Origin: Escherichia phage JacquesWildberger_Bas92
Sequence record: PQ850610.1
Length of the DNA stretch: 64,000 nucleotides
Strand: one strand, 5' to 3'
The notes beneath the pieces were generated by a model. That model was not told the origin of the DNA and ran no database searches. It saw only the letters and a program-made list of their open reading frames with translations. The position numbers were made by a program, and so were the translations under genes. Shown one piece after another: positions 1-9,640 of the stretch. Position 1 is the first letter of the stretch. Every line of letters starts with the position of its first letter.

Positions 1-98
1 AACTCCAAAAGAAAGAAGCTAATGTAACTAAGAAAGAGCAACAAGCCTCTCTCAAAGATTCACGGATTCCAGGCAAACGTCTTGGAAGTAAAAAGTAA
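1..98 (+). CDS. 3' end of an upstream gene (partial; start lies outside the window)
   Basis: Frame open from position 3 to TAA at 96-98; no start codon in window; RBS of next gene follows. Confidence 0.35.
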   Translation, partial: LQKKEANVTKKEQQASLKDSRIPGKRLGSKK

Positions 99-107
99 GG
101 ACGTCGA

Positions 108-344
108 ATGAACATTAGGCATCAATTCAATAAAGAGCACGCCGCCGCTTTGGCGGCTCTCAACCTTAACGGCAGTCTTGACGCAGCATTAGAGGCATTG
201 AAAGAGAGACTCATGACAGAAATAGTTCAAACTGAACCTCATGAGAATAAGAAACGCGAAGATTGTTATCAAAAGTATAAAATGGTGGGTAGCTTAAAAG
301 AGGTCATAAAAGCTGCTATCAATAGTGCAGGAGATGTTTCATAA
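108..344 (+). CDS. hypothetical protein, 78 aa
   Basis: ORF track; AAGGA about 8 nt upstream of ATG; stop overlaps next start (TAATG). Confidence 0.5.
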   Translation: MNIRHQFNKEHAAALAALNLNGSLDAALEALKERLMTEIVQTEPHENKKREDCYQKYKMVGSLKEVIKAAINSAGDVS

Positions 345-1429
345 TGCCACAAGATAATTATATTGACCCGAACGATTTTAAATCTTTCCTCCAACTGGAT
401 GACCTGAAGGGTTCTTTCAAAGAAGAACTTGGTCGATTAGAATCTGAACAAGAACCAGAAGTGGACATTGACGATGAGTTCCCGGAAAAAGACGGTGACG
501 ATTTCGACTTTGATACCGACCTTCTCGGTGAAAGCGATGAGCTTAAGTTCGAAGATGAAGATGGTTGGGAAGATCGTGACGAGGAAGGCGAAGTCGAACA
601 AGATGAGGAAGAATCTGACGAATCAGACGAAAGTTCTGAAGCAGATGAGGAAGACTCAAGCGATGCAGGATATGGAGATGATTCTGCTGACGGTGAAGGT
701 GAAGTCTTTGATGTAGACTATGAAACCGTTATCACCCTTCCTGATGGACGTGAGATGACTATTGAAGAACTCTCCAATGGCTATCTTACTGGTGCTGATA
801 TGGCTGAACGTGAGACTACTCTTCAGCGTCACATGGAAGCATTTGAGGAACGTGTAGTAGGTTTGAAGGATGTATTAGAATTAGCGTCTTTAGAAGCAGA
901 CCGAGTAATTGAAGATTACAACGGTTTTGATTGGGACAAGCTTGCAGTAGAAGATCCTCAAGCATATGTTGAAAACAAACGTTTCCTAGAGAAGTATACA
1001 GCTCGTCGTAACCAGCTTGAACAGGCTCAGATCCGTATTAAGCAGGAAGCAGCAGCTAAAGAGCAGGAAGCTTTCCAAGCCAAGAGCATTGAATGTGTTA
1101 ATATTCTGAAACGTGAGATTCCAAATTGGGATGAAAACTTATATCAAAACTTAATGCAATACGCAATTGACTTAGGTGCTACTGAAGAAGAAGTATTGAA
1201 GGAAAACCGTCCGTCTATTTTCCTAGCCCTTCACAAAGCATACCAATTTGATAAAGGTAAGCAGCAGGTGATGGCTAAGATTAAACGTCCCGGTGCTCCA
1301 CGCAAGGTTGTGAAGTCTGATGCTGCAAAGTCTCGCACTTCCAATAAGCCAGACAACGCTAAGGTTGCCAAGGCATTCGCAGAGGGTCGCGTTAGTCACG
1401 AAGACGCATTCAAATTCCTCGTAGATTAA
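344..1429 (+). CDS. head scaffolding-like protein
   Basis: 361 aa; N-terminal half extremely acidic (D/E runs), C-terminal half helical and charged; sits immediately upstream of the capsid gene. Confidence 0.55.
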   Translation: MPQDNYIDPNDFKSFLQLDDLKGSFKEELGRLESEQEPEVDIDDEFPEKDGDDFDFDTDLLGESDELKFEDEDGWEDRDEEGEVEQDEEESDESDESSEADEEDSSDAGYGDDSADGEGEVFDVDYETVITLPDGREMTIEELSNGYLTGADMAERETTLQRHMEAFEERVVGLKDVLELASLEADRVIEDYNGFDWDKLAVEDPQAYVENKRFLEKYTARRNQLEQAQIRIKQEAAAKEQEAFQAKSIECVNILKREIPNWDENLYQNLMQYAIDLGATEEEVLKENRPSIFLALHKAYQFDKGKQQVMAKIKRPGAPRKVVKSDAAKSRTSNKPDNAKVAKAFAEGRVSHEDAFKFLVD

Positions 1430-1470
1430 TCGACAAATTAATTATTTAATAGTATAGGAGCTAACATAAC

Positions 1471-2532
1471 ATGGCTAATCCAACTTTATTTGTATCGTAT
1501 GACCAGAATGGTAAAAAACTTTCTTTTGCTAACTGGATTTCTGTTCTGTCCCCTCAGGATACTCCGTTCGTATCTATGACCGGTAAAGAGTCTATCAACC
1601 AGACTATCTTTAGCTGGCAGACCGATGCATTGGCAAGCGTTGACGCTAATAACGCACACGTTGAAGGTTCTCGTGCGGTTGATGGTGAAATGCAACCTAC
1701 CGTAATCAAATCCAACGTTACTCAGATTCTGCGTAAGGTTGTTAAAGTTTCTGATACCGCTAACACCACCGCTAACTACGGTCGTGGTCGTGAACTGATG
1801 TATCAGCTGGAGAAGAAAGGTAAAGAGATCAAGCGTGACCTCGAGAAAATCCTTCTGTCCGGTCAGGCTCGTACCGATGTTCTGGCTGACCAATACCTGA
1901 CTAACTCCGCAACTGATCCTTCAGCTGTTGGTCTGAACGACACCCACGCAGCTCGTAAGACTGGTGCTTTCCAGTTCCTGTGTGCACACAACGGTGTTTC
2001 TGCTGGTGTTGTTAAGAAAGAAAATGGCCCTGCTGATCCGGATACTGGTGCAGTAACTGTTAAAGTTGCACAGAATGCTTCTAACCCGACCACTAACGTT
2101 GGTTTTGATGAAGCTGATATCTTTGATATGACTCTGCAACTGTACACTGCTGGTTCTGAAGCAGATATCATCATGATCAACCCTGCTCATGCTAAGATCT
2201 TCGCTGGTCTGCAAGAAAACACTCAGGGTTCACGTAAGCGTATCTTTGAGAACACCAAGCAGTTCATCTACGAAGTTAACAGCATCACTGACCCGCTGGG
2301 CCAGAACTACAAAATCATCGTTAACCGTTGGATGCCTACCGATGCAGTTTACTTCTTCCGTAGCGCTGACTGGACTCAGATGGTCCTGCGTGCTCCGAAA
2401 CGTACTGAACTGGCAAAAGATGGTTCTTATGAGAAGTGGATGATTGAAATGGAAGTTGGTCTGCGTCACCGCAACCCTTATGCTTCCGGAGTTCTGTTCA
2501 CTGCTGCGGGAAAGTTGGATCCGCAACAGTAG
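1471..2532 (+). CDS. major capsid protein
   Basis: 353 aa ORF with strong RBS (taggagc) after the scaffold gene; followed by an Ig-like extension and a terminator; assignment by gene order and size, not by a specific motif. Confidence 0.7.
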   Translation: MANPTLFVSYDQNGKKLSFANWISVLSPQDTPFVSMTGKESINQTIFSWQTDALASVDANNAHVEGSRAVDGEMQPTVIKSNVTQILRKVVKVSDTANTTANYGRGRELMYQLEKKGKEIKRDLEKILLSGQARTDVLADQYLTNSATDPSAVGLNDTHAARKTGAFQFLCAHNGVSAGVVKKENGPADPDTGAVTVKVAQNASNPTTNVGFDEADIFDMTLQLYTAGSEADIIMINPAHAKIFAGLQENTQGSRKRIFENTKQFIYEVNSITDPLGQNYKIIVNRWMPTDAVYFFRSADWTQMVLRAPKRTELAKDGSYEKWMIEMEVGLRHRNPYASGVLFTAAGKLDPQQ

Positions 2533-3050
2533 ACAGTGTGACTGTTAGCCCTGCGTCTGTAGAAAGTCTAGAGACAGGGGCTACTCAGCAGTTTACTGCA
2601 AGCGCTGAGAAGAGTGACGGCTCTACCGAAACAACTGGCTTTACTTGGTCAGTAACAGGAGGCGGCTCTATCACTCAGTCTGGTTTGTATACTGCTCCGA
2701 GTGCGGCTCAATCCACTGATGTATCCATTACTGCGACTTTAGAGGGTGTTTCTGGTACAGCAACCATTTCTGAAATTGTTGATCCTGCCCCTACTATTGT
2801 AGCTAAGGGTCCAATTACAGGTAAAACTGGTGGTTCTTCCACTAACTTCACTACCATGTTTACTGTAACTAATTCTACTGCTGCGGATTACACGTTTGTT
2901 GTAACCCCTGAAGAAGCTGGTACAGTAAGCGCTGCTGGTGCGTTAACCTTAGATGATGCTGCAAGTGGCGAAGTTACTGTTCAAGCAAGTTTGACAGCTG
3001 ACCCGTCCATCAATGCAACATGCACTTTTACTGGTGTAACACCTGCTTAA
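2508..3050 (+). CDS. C-terminal extension of the capsid protein via -1 frameshift (Ig-like, Big_2-type domain)
   Basis: -1 frame is open from slippery heptamer GGGAAAG (2508-2514) to 3050; no RBS before the nominal GTG at 2538; translation shows a beta-rich Ig-like domain (TGATQQFTASAEKSDGS...WSVTGGGSITQSGLYTAP). Confidence 0.55.
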   Translation, partial: GKVGSATVDSVTVSPASVESLETGATQQFTASAEKSDGSTETTGFTWSVTGGGSITQSGLYTAPSAAQSTDVSITATLEGVSGTATISEIVDPAPTIVAKGPITGKTGGSSTNFTTMFTVTNSTAADYTFVVTPEEAGTVSAAGALTLDDAASGEVTVQASLTADPSINATCTFTGVTPA

Positions 3051-3057
3051 AATTAGA

Positions 3058-3081
3058 CCCTGCCTTCGGGCGGGGTTTTTT
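3058..3081 (+). terminator. rho-independent terminator after capsid module
   Basis: Hairpin ccctgcc-ttcg-ggcgggg followed by TTTTTT. Confidence 0.6.
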
Positions 3082-3109
3082 CGTTTTAAGACCTATACAA
3101 GCCAGCGTG

Positions 3110-3118
3110 TAATGTATA
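3110..3118 (+). promoter_or_regulatory. TAATGTATA motif (candidate phage-sigma promoter element)
   Basis: Exact TAATGTATA 34 nt upstream of the ATG at 3152, directly after a terminator; same 9-mer recurs upstream of other genes. Confidence 0.45.
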
Positions 3119-3151
3119 TTCTTTGTCTACATATAACAAGGAGGACAACCT

Positions 3152-3904
3152 ATGGCAATGCCAGATGTTCAATACCCCATCAATACCTATGGGTGGCTAA
3201 AGAAGGCCGTGGCCCTCTGGGCAGATAGGGACGATGACGAATTTGTTAATCAAATTCCAAACTTTATTAACTTTGCAGAGAAAGAGATTTATCGTAACTT
3301 ACGTATCCCTCCTCTGGAAAAAGAAGTGTATTTAGATATTAAAGATGGAGTAGCTTACATTCCTCCTGATTACCTAGAAGCTCAATGGATGATGAGAGCC
3401 AAAGATGGTACAATCTTCCAAGTAACCTCTCCTGAAGAGATTAGCTATCGTAGACAGCATGGAACAATTAATCCATCTCATTGGAATAACCAACCTGTTA
3501 ACTTTGCTCGTTTCGGTAGTCGTTTCATTTTCTACCCTAGCATCGAAGCAGATACTCCGTACTACCCTGATGATGGAAGCCCTTTGATTCCAGCAGAAAA
3601 CTCAGTAATTCTTAGCTATTATGCAGACCCACCGGAATTCCACGAAGATGAAGATACTAGTGCAATCCTCACTATCGCACCAGAACTTCTTCTGTATTTC
3701 ACTCTGCGTCATGCTTGCTTATTTGTTCAAGATGATAACGGAGTTCAGAAATGGTCAGCATTAGGAAAAGCTATCCTTGATGAAATGGTAGAACAGAATA
3801 AGAAACAAGAGTACTCAGGTTCACCTATCGCAATTCCGAATAACATGACTCGACTTCAGAGCAGCTTGCCTGATATTTATGGTATTCGTACTTCTCGTGT
3901 ATAA
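3152..3904 (+). CDS. virion structural protein (tail or adaptor region), function not assignable
   Basis: 250 aa ORF with AAGGAGG RBS; position between capsid and fibre genes. Confidence 0.55.
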   Translation: MAMPDVQYPINTYGWLKKAVALWADRDDDEFVNQIPNFINFAEKEIYRNLRIPPLEKEVYLDIKDGVAYIPPDYLEAQWMMRAKDGTIFQVTSPEEISYRRQHGTINPSHWNNQPVNFARFGSRFIFYPSIEADTPYYPDDGSPLIPAENSVILSYYADPPEFHEDEDTSAILTIAPELLLYFTLRHACLFVQDDNGVQKWSALGKAILDEMVEQNKKQEYSGSPIAIPNNMTRLQSSLPDIYGIRTSRV

Positions 3905-3913
3905 GGAGATAAT

Positions 3914-6562
3914 ATGATCGTTTATAATAACCAAGCACCTGATGCAGTGAATAACGTTGGGCAGTTTGGTGCTACTGAAGGTTCTATCGGAGCTTACAAG
4001 CAAGCAGCAGAATATGCAGCTGATTCTAAGTATTGGTCACTGTTGGCAGAGGCTAAGTTTGGTACAGTTGATGACTTGATTGCTCAGGTTGAGATTCTAT
4101 ACAAACAAGGTGTTCTATTAAAAGAAGATATTGAAGACTTAAAACAAGACTTCATTGCACAAGACTCTCGTTTGATGAACCTCATTGCTCAAACTAACGC
4201 AGCTGTAGCTGATGCAAATAATGCAGTTGCTCTGATTAATCAGAAACTTGTAGAAGTTCAGAATCAACTCGACGTTCTGTTGGGAATGTCTGTTGACGTA
4301 ACTACACTTCCTCCGGGAACTCCGGCTACTGGCTCTTTTAATCCGAACACTGGTGTAATCTCTCTGGGTATCCCAGAAGGTGATCCCGGAAAGGATGGTT
4401 CTGTTACTGACCTATCTGCTGCTCCTACCGGTACACCGGAGCTGGGGGACATCGGTTTCTATGTTGACAAAGATGATAACATTGTTCACAAAACAACTCT
4501 CGAAGATATTGCAAACCTGATCCCATCTGTTCGTTCTGTTTCAGTTAACGATGGCCCTGCGCTTGATGGTGAAGTTGCTCTTACACTCAACAAAGAGACG
4601 GTAGGTCTTGGGAACGTTTTGAACGTGGCTCAGTACAGCCGCCAAGAGATTAATGATAAGTTTGACAAAACAACTAAAACCTACCAATCGAAAGCCGAAG
4701 CTGATGCGGATGCTCAATACCGACAGGTAGGAGAAAAGGTTTTGGTGTGGGACTCAACGAAGTATGAATTCTATACTGTTGCAGCGAATAAAACCCTTAC
4801 TCCGGTTAAAACAGAAGGTCGTATCCTAACTGTTAACTCCCGTGCTCCTGATTCAACTGGTAACATCGATATCGTAATCCCAACAGGAAACCCATCTTTG
4901 TATTTAGGGGAGATGGTAATGTTCCCTTATGACCCAGCTAAAGCTGTCTCCTATCCGGGCATTCTTCCTGCGGACGGTCGTTTGGTGTCAAAAGAATCTG
5001 CTTTGGATTTAGGCCCATCCCTTATCAGTGGACAACTCCCTGTTGTTTCTGAAACAGAGTGGCAAGCTGGTGCTAAGCAGTATTTCTCTTGGGGTAAATT
5101 AGCCGATGGCATCACTGATGCAGATTCTACTAACTATATCAATATCCGTCTTCCTGATTGGACAGGCGGTGAGGCTATTCGATCCCCTGATTCTGTAAAA
5201 GACAGTGCATATAAAGGTAATGTTCAAAGTCAGGTCCCTTATGTAGTCACTGTAAATAACCAAGCTCCTGATGAGATTACAGGTAACGTCAATATCTCCA
5301 GATCTATCTTAGGTGCTGCTGCTGCTGGTGCAAACTCTGATATAACATCTATGACTGGACTTACGACAGCGCTGTCTGTTAATCAGGGTGGAACAGGGGC
5401 GAAGAATGCCAGTGACGCCAGATCTAACTTAGGACTTGGTTCTGTTTCTACATTAAACAATATTCCAGTAGAAAATGGTGGTACAGGTGCTAGTACTGCT
5501 GATGGTGCTAAGTCTAATTTAGGCGTAGACAGAATAGAACAAAGCTCTTGGGAGACTAAGATCTTTTCTCCGAATAGAGAAACCTACATGTTTGTCGATA
5601 ATAACGGATGGGGGTGTTACCGTACCACATCTGGATTGGCTGGTGATGTAGCTTTGTCAGTTGAAAGAGGGGGCACCGGAGCAACAAATGCTGTAGAGGC
5701 TAGATCTAACTTGGGTTTAGGTTCTGTTGCCACTCTTAGTAATGTACCAATCGCTAGTGGTGGTACAGGTGCTAGTGATGCTGCCGGTGCAAGGTTTAAT
5801 TTGGGGTTGGGAAATGTTTCTACTCTGGACAACGTACCAGTCGCTAGTGGTGGTACAGGTGCTAGTGATGCTGCCGGTGCCCGAAGCAACCTCGGAGCGC
5901 TGAGTAACACTCCAGCAAACACAGGTGCAGGTAATACTGGTGCGCGAGTCCAACATGCCACCGGAAGAGGTCTGTTTACTTTAGACATGTTTAACTGCTA
6001 CTGGTATATGCAGCCAGAGGATACTAACTTCTGGGTTGCCCACGGTGTGTCATATGCAGGGCCTAATGGCGAAGCCTCAGAGTATGGTCGTATATCTTAC
6101 GCAATAAAGATTGCAGATGGAACAACAAAATATGTCCATTGTCTTACAAACAAAAACACCATCATTGATACAGGCGGATTTATCAAAGCGGCATCTCCGG
6201 TAGTTAACATTTATGCCAACGGTCGGTATGAAACGAACGATGAGTCTGAGGGGGTTAGTGTCATCCGGCAGGGTATTGGTGAATATCTGATTACCGGTTG
6301 CCTCGGTCTTAACTCTGATGCAAGATGGGGTGGAGTGGATGGGGGGTTTGAAATCCCAACAGATCGCAACAAGCAACCTAGGATTTGGCTGGACTATGAG
6401 GTTAAAGAAGATGGTTCTATTTTAGTTAAAACCTATCACAGAACTCACCCAACCTCTCCAGTTTTTGCTAGAAACGAGATAGAAGGTTTTTCTGATGGGG
6501 ACCCTATTGATATTCCAAGTGATGCTTTTATCTCAGTTCGTGTAGAGATGCCAGCTGAGTAA
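3914..6562 (+). CDS. tail fibre-like protein with tandem Gly-rich repeats
   Basis: 882 aa; repeated ~30 aa units (SNLGLGSVSTL.NVP...GGTGAS.A.GA) typical of phage tail-fibre repeats; RBS aaggag. Confidence 0.65.
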   Translation: MIVYNNQAPDAVNNVGQFGATEGSIGAYKQAAEYAADSKYWSLLAEAKFGTVDDLIAQVEILYKQGVLLKEDIEDLKQDFIAQDSRLMNLIAQTNAAVADANNAVALINQKLVEVQNQLDVLLGMSVDVTTLPPGTPATGSFNPNTGVISLGIPEGDPGKDGSVTDLSAAPTGTPELGDIGFYVDKDDNIVHKTTLEDIANLIPSVRSVSVNDGPALDGEVALTLNKETVGLGNVLNVAQYSRQEINDKFDKTTKTYQSKAEADADAQYRQVGEKVLVWDSTKYEFYTVAANKTLTPVKTEGRILTVNSRAPDSTGNIDIVIPTGNPSLYLGEMVMFPYDPAKAVSYPGILPADGRLVSKESALDLGPSLISGQLPVVSETEWQAGAKQYFSWGKLADGITDADSTNYINIRLPDWTGGEAIRSPDSVKDSAYKGNVQSQVPYVVTVNNQAPDEITGNVNISRSILGAAAAGANSDITSMTGLTTALSVNQGGTGAKNASDARSNLGLGSVSTLNNIPVENGGTGASTADGAKSNLGVDRIEQSSWETKIFSPNRETYMFVDNNGWGCYRTTSGLAGDVALSVERGGTGATNAVEARSNLGLGSVATLSNVPIASGGTGASDAAGARFNLGLGNVSTLDNVPVASGGTGASDAAGARSNLGALSNTPANTGAGNTGARVQHATGRGLFTLDMFNCYWYMQPEDTNFWVAHGVSYAGPNGEASEYGRISYAIKIADGTTKYVHCLTNKNTIIDTGGFIKAASPVVNIYANGRYETNDESEGVSVIRQGIGEYLITGCLGLNSDARWGGVDGGFEIPTDRNKQPRIWLDYEVKEDGSILVKTYHRTHPTSPVFARNEIEGFSDGDPIDIPSDAFISVRVEMPAE
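5380..5900 (+). repeat. in-frame tandem repeat region inside the fibre gene (about 90 bp period)
   Basis: 47 bp at 5744-5790 and 5834-5880 identical except one base (gtacca[a/g]tcgctagtggtggtacaggtgctagtgatgctgccggtgc); more diverged copies upstream. Confidence 0.8.
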
Positions 6563-6571
6563 ATAAAACAT

Positions 6572-6590
6572 GCTCCCTTCGGGGAGCTTT
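6572..6590 (+). terminator. possible terminator
   Basis: Hairpin gctccc-ttcg-gggagc followed by a short T run. Confidence 0.4.
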
Positions 6591-6604
6591 ATGGAGGATT
6601 ATAA

Positions 6605-8794
6605 ATGTCTAGAGAATTAATGCCCAAATCTGGGATAATGATGCCTCATGTGGTAGTTACTAGAGATGCCGCAGTTGTGGGTGTGTCTACAGTTGATGGC
6701 GTGGCAGGTGCTGTTAATTTAACAGATAAATATCTACAAAAGTCTGATGCTGAAGCAACATATCAAACGAAAGCAGAAGGGGCTACTAAGCAATATGTAA
6801 CCGATGCTATTAACCCTATTATGACAAATGCTCTGTTTAAAGATGACCCTTTTGTCAATAATGATACACCTATCCGCTCTGGTGGTGGTAATGGTGTTGA
6901 ATCAGTGGATATGATTAAAGTTACTCCCGAGAACTCTATCAAACTAGGGAGTTATGCTTCTTCTGTTCAGGGGGTTGAGATTCACTCTGCTGGTCGTGTT
7001 CAGGTTGTTGATCAGAATGATGGTGGAGTAGAAACTAAGTATCCTGTTTATTCTAAACGTTATCGTCCTGAGATTGAGGATTTGCCTTTTGCTGCTATTG
7101 GTTCTTATGTTAAAGATTCCAAGGGTCGTACTATTGGGGTTACTCGTACAGGGATTAACTCTGATATCAAACAGCTTACTCAGAAGGTGACTTTCACTCA
7201 ACCAGTTACTGTTCCTGATGCAGTTGGAGATTATGATGCGGTTACTTTGAGACAGCTTCGAAACAGTGGTGGTGGTTCTGGTGGTCCTACCATGAGTGGT
7301 ATTTCTAACTTTGGTATTGGTGATTTCCACTTACGAGACAGTCGAGCTTTTATCCCAGCTTTTGAAGTGTTTTCTGATGGGCAGCTTCTAAATCGTGCTG
7401 ATTATCCAGACCTGTGGGCTTATGCACAGCTGTTATCCCCTATTGAAGACTCTTTGTGGCTAGAAGACCCTTATCAAAGAGGCAGATACTCTAAGGGTGA
7501 TGGCACAACTACTTTCCGTGTTCCAGACCGAAATGGTATTCAGTCTAATTCCCTTCCGGCTCTTTATGGACGAGGTGATGGTGGTGCTTCCGCAGCTAAT
7601 GGTCAAGTGTTTGATTCTGCGGCCCCAGACATTATCGGCTCTGTTGCATCATACTCTGCTGGAACTTATGCCCAGCTTTTTGGAATAGCTACCAATGCAT
7701 TTGAATCTAACAATGCCTTCTTTCCTGAAGGTGCAGGGGATACAATACCTCCGGGGTCTGGGCCAGTCGATGGTCGATATAACACTATTGAGTTTAAGGC
7801 TTCCAGATATAATGGAATTTACGGTCGCAGTAACTCAGAAATCATGGGTCGTAACTTTGTAGGTGTTTGGACTATTCGTGCGCATGGTGGTTTTACTGCT
7901 GCTAATACTTCTTGGTCAGTAATCAATAGTGATGCTTCAGAACCACCTACAGGTACTCCTATTACTGGTGGATTGGTTTCTTCTAAGTATGTAGTCGGAG
8001 GTGTTGATAAGTACCGTTCTTCCATACAACTACTAGGTGCTAACGAAGTTGATCTGTCTACGAGAATTACCACCATAAATGATAGATATGCAATTGGGGC
8101 AGCTACTTGGGATTTTAAACTGGATGGGAAACTACTTTTTAATAAATCACTTACCCCCAATGGGACAGGCTATTCTCCCGGAAACACCTATCTAACATTA
8201 GCCAACACTTGGATGACCTCTCCTTATAGTGGGTATGTTGGGTTTGTTGGGGGCGGCGTTGGTGTTTCTGGTGGCGGTTGGAGAAACTTCATCTCTTTAG
8301 GTTCTTTGATTTTCCCTGATACGAGTCATCCTACTGCTGTTATTTCTCAGGTTTATGATTATGACCTTTCTACAGGAAACCAACCTAATGGGGATATTGT
8401 CAGAAATACCTCTTTCAATGCTGGGAGTTATGATATCACTTTCGGTAACAACTCCGGTACAGTAAACTACCTCTTCAGTAAGTCCCCTGTGTCTGATGAG
8501 AATAAAAAGCATGATATCACCCCCATCAGTACAGAACAAGCCCTTCTTAATATAAACAAGATGAAATACAGCTCATTCATCTATAATTATGATGAGAAGA
8601 ATATTGTTCGCAGAGGCTTTATTGCTCAGCAACTAGAGAAGATTGACAGTCAATATGTACGTAAGTACAAAGATGCTACTGGAGGTGAAACACTCTCTTT
8701 GGATGAGAACGTTCTGCTTTTGGATGCACTAGCTGCAATCCAAGAACTTACCAAAAAGGTTGAAGTTCTAGAAGCGAAGTTAGCAGGTAAGTAA
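6605..8794 (+). CDS. tail fibre or tailspike with C-terminal intramolecular chaperone-like domain
   Basis: 729 aa; C-terminal about 100 aa (DENKKHDITPISTEQALLNINKMKYSSFIY...GFIAQQLEKIDSQYV...LLDALAAIQEL) resembles the self-cleaving chaperone domain of endosialidase or L-shaped fibre proteins. Confidence 0.65.
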   Translation: MSRELMPKSGIMMPHVVVTRDAAVVGVSTVDGVAGAVNLTDKYLQKSDAEATYQTKAEGATKQYVTDAINPIMTNALFKDDPFVNNDTPIRSGGGNGVESVDMIKVTPENSIKLGSYASSVQGVEIHSAGRVQVVDQNDGGVETKYPVYSKRYRPEIEDLPFAAIGSYVKDSKGRTIGVTRTGINSDIKQLTQKVTFTQPVTVPDAVGDYDAVTLRQLRNSGGGSGGPTMSGISNFGIGDFHLRDSRAFIPAFEVFSDGQLLNRADYPDLWAYAQLLSPIEDSLWLEDPYQRGRYSKGDGTTTFRVPDRNGIQSNSLPALYGRGDGGASAANGQVFDSAAPDIIGSVASYSAGTYAQLFGIATNAFESNNAFFPEGAGDTIPPGSGPVDGRYNTIEFKASRYNGIYGRSNSEIMGRNFVGVWTIRAHGGFTAANTSWSVINSDASEPPTGTPITGGLVSSKYVVGGVDKYRSSIQLLGANEVDLSTRITTINDRYAIGAATWDFKLDGKLLFNKSLTPNGTGYSPGNTYLTLANTWMTSPYSGYVGFVGGGVGVSGGGWRNFISLGSLIFPDTSHPTAVISQVYDYDLSTGNQPNGDIVRNTSFNAGSYDITFGNNSGTVNYLFSKSPVSDENKKHDITPISTEQALLNINKMKYSSFIYNYDEKNIVRRGFIAQQLEKIDSQYVRKYKDATGGETLSLDENVLLLDALAAIQELTKKVEVLEAKLAGK

Positions 8795-8800
8795 TCTAGT

Positions 8801-8818
8801 AGCCCCTTCGGGGGCTTT
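8801..8818 (+). terminator. possible terminator
   Basis: Hairpin agcccc-ttcg-ggggct followed by TT. Confidence 0.35.
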
Positions 8819-8888
8819 AGTAGTAAGTACCCTTAGTAAGTAATGAAACTAATATATCCCAAGAGGTTAATATATAGGAGACACTCAA

Positions 8889-9107
8889 ATGAAAATGATG
8901 AAACAAGCTGCATATGGTTTAGTTTGTTTAGGTGCAGGTGTTGTGGTGTCAACCGCAGTTCCTGTAGGCGCAGTTCTTCCATTAGTAACTGTCCCTGCTC
9001 CAGTAGAGAAACTTAGTTCTCAATGTAAGCAGCGAACCATTCAAAATAATCTAGTTGTTATTTGTCCTGATGCTGAATCTAACGCTCTGAGAAAGATACT
9101 ACCTTAA
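8889..9107 (+). CDS. small membrane protein (holin candidate)
   Basis: 72 aa with a single long hydrophobic segment; immediately upstream of lysozyme; RBS taggag. Confidence 0.4.
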   Translation: MKMMKQAAYGLVCLGAGVVVSTAVPVGAVLPLVTVPAPVEKLSSQCKQRTIQNNLVVICPDAESNALRKILP

Positions 9108-9136
9108 TTTAAAGGGACCACAAAAGGAGGTTAGAA

Positions 9137-9628
9137 ATGGATAACGCCGCATTGCCACCTGTACAACTAAACTTAAGTCCAGCTGGAATGGAATTCATCA
9201 TGAAGCATGAGGGTATGAGAACCAAGGCTTATAAAGATTCCGCAGGTATCTGGACGATATGTGTAGGGGCTACGCGCGATATGAATGGTTATCCGGTTAG
9301 ACAAGGATTAACGTATTCTATAGAGGATTGTCTAGCTCTGCTAGATAGAGACACACAAGACTCTGTTCGTGCTACTCAGAAGAACATAAAGGTTCCTTTA
9401 CTAGTTCATGAGTTTGATGCACTCACTTCTTTCAGCTTCAATGTTGGCAGTGGTGCTTTGAGCACATCTAAGTTAAGGAAGGTTATCAATGGAGAGGTCA
9501 AAGGTGATGTATACTCAGAGTTTCTTCGTTGGGATAAAATTACGGTGAATGGAGAGAAGCAGAGGAGTCAGGGTCTTCATAACAGAAGGGTTGCAGAAGC
9601 TGATCTTTACACCGAAGGTAAATATTAA
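9137..9628 (+). CDS. lysozyme (GH24, T4-lysozyme-like), likely endolysin
   Basis: 163 aa; catalytic pattern E-x8-D-x5-T (HEGMRTKAYKDSAGIWTICVG); RBS aaggagg. Confidence 0.8.
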   Translation: MDNAALPPVQLNLSPAGMEFIMKHEGMRTKAYKDSAGIWTICVGATRDMNGYPVRQGLTYSIEDCLALLDRDTQDSVRATQKNIKVPLLVHEFDALTSFSFNVGSGALSTSKLRKVINGEVKGDVYSEFLRWDKITVNGEKQRSQGLHNRRVAEADLYTEGKY

Positions 9629-9640
9629 TGGAGGTGCCTT

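Noticed and set aside
468-716. ORF in an alternative frame inside the scaffold gene
   Set aside because: Fully nested in the longer acidic scaffold ORF; composition is a frame artefact of the GA-rich region.
1486-2526. Several antisense ORFs inside the capsid gene (1486-1893, 1863-2180, 1921-2214, 2230-2526)
   Set aside because: All on the opposite strand and nested in a well-supported gene; no RBS and odd composition.
5617-5988. Antisense ORFs within the fibre repeat region
   Set aside because: Produced by the repetitive Gly-rich coding sequence; the Pro/Ala-rich translations are frame artefacts.
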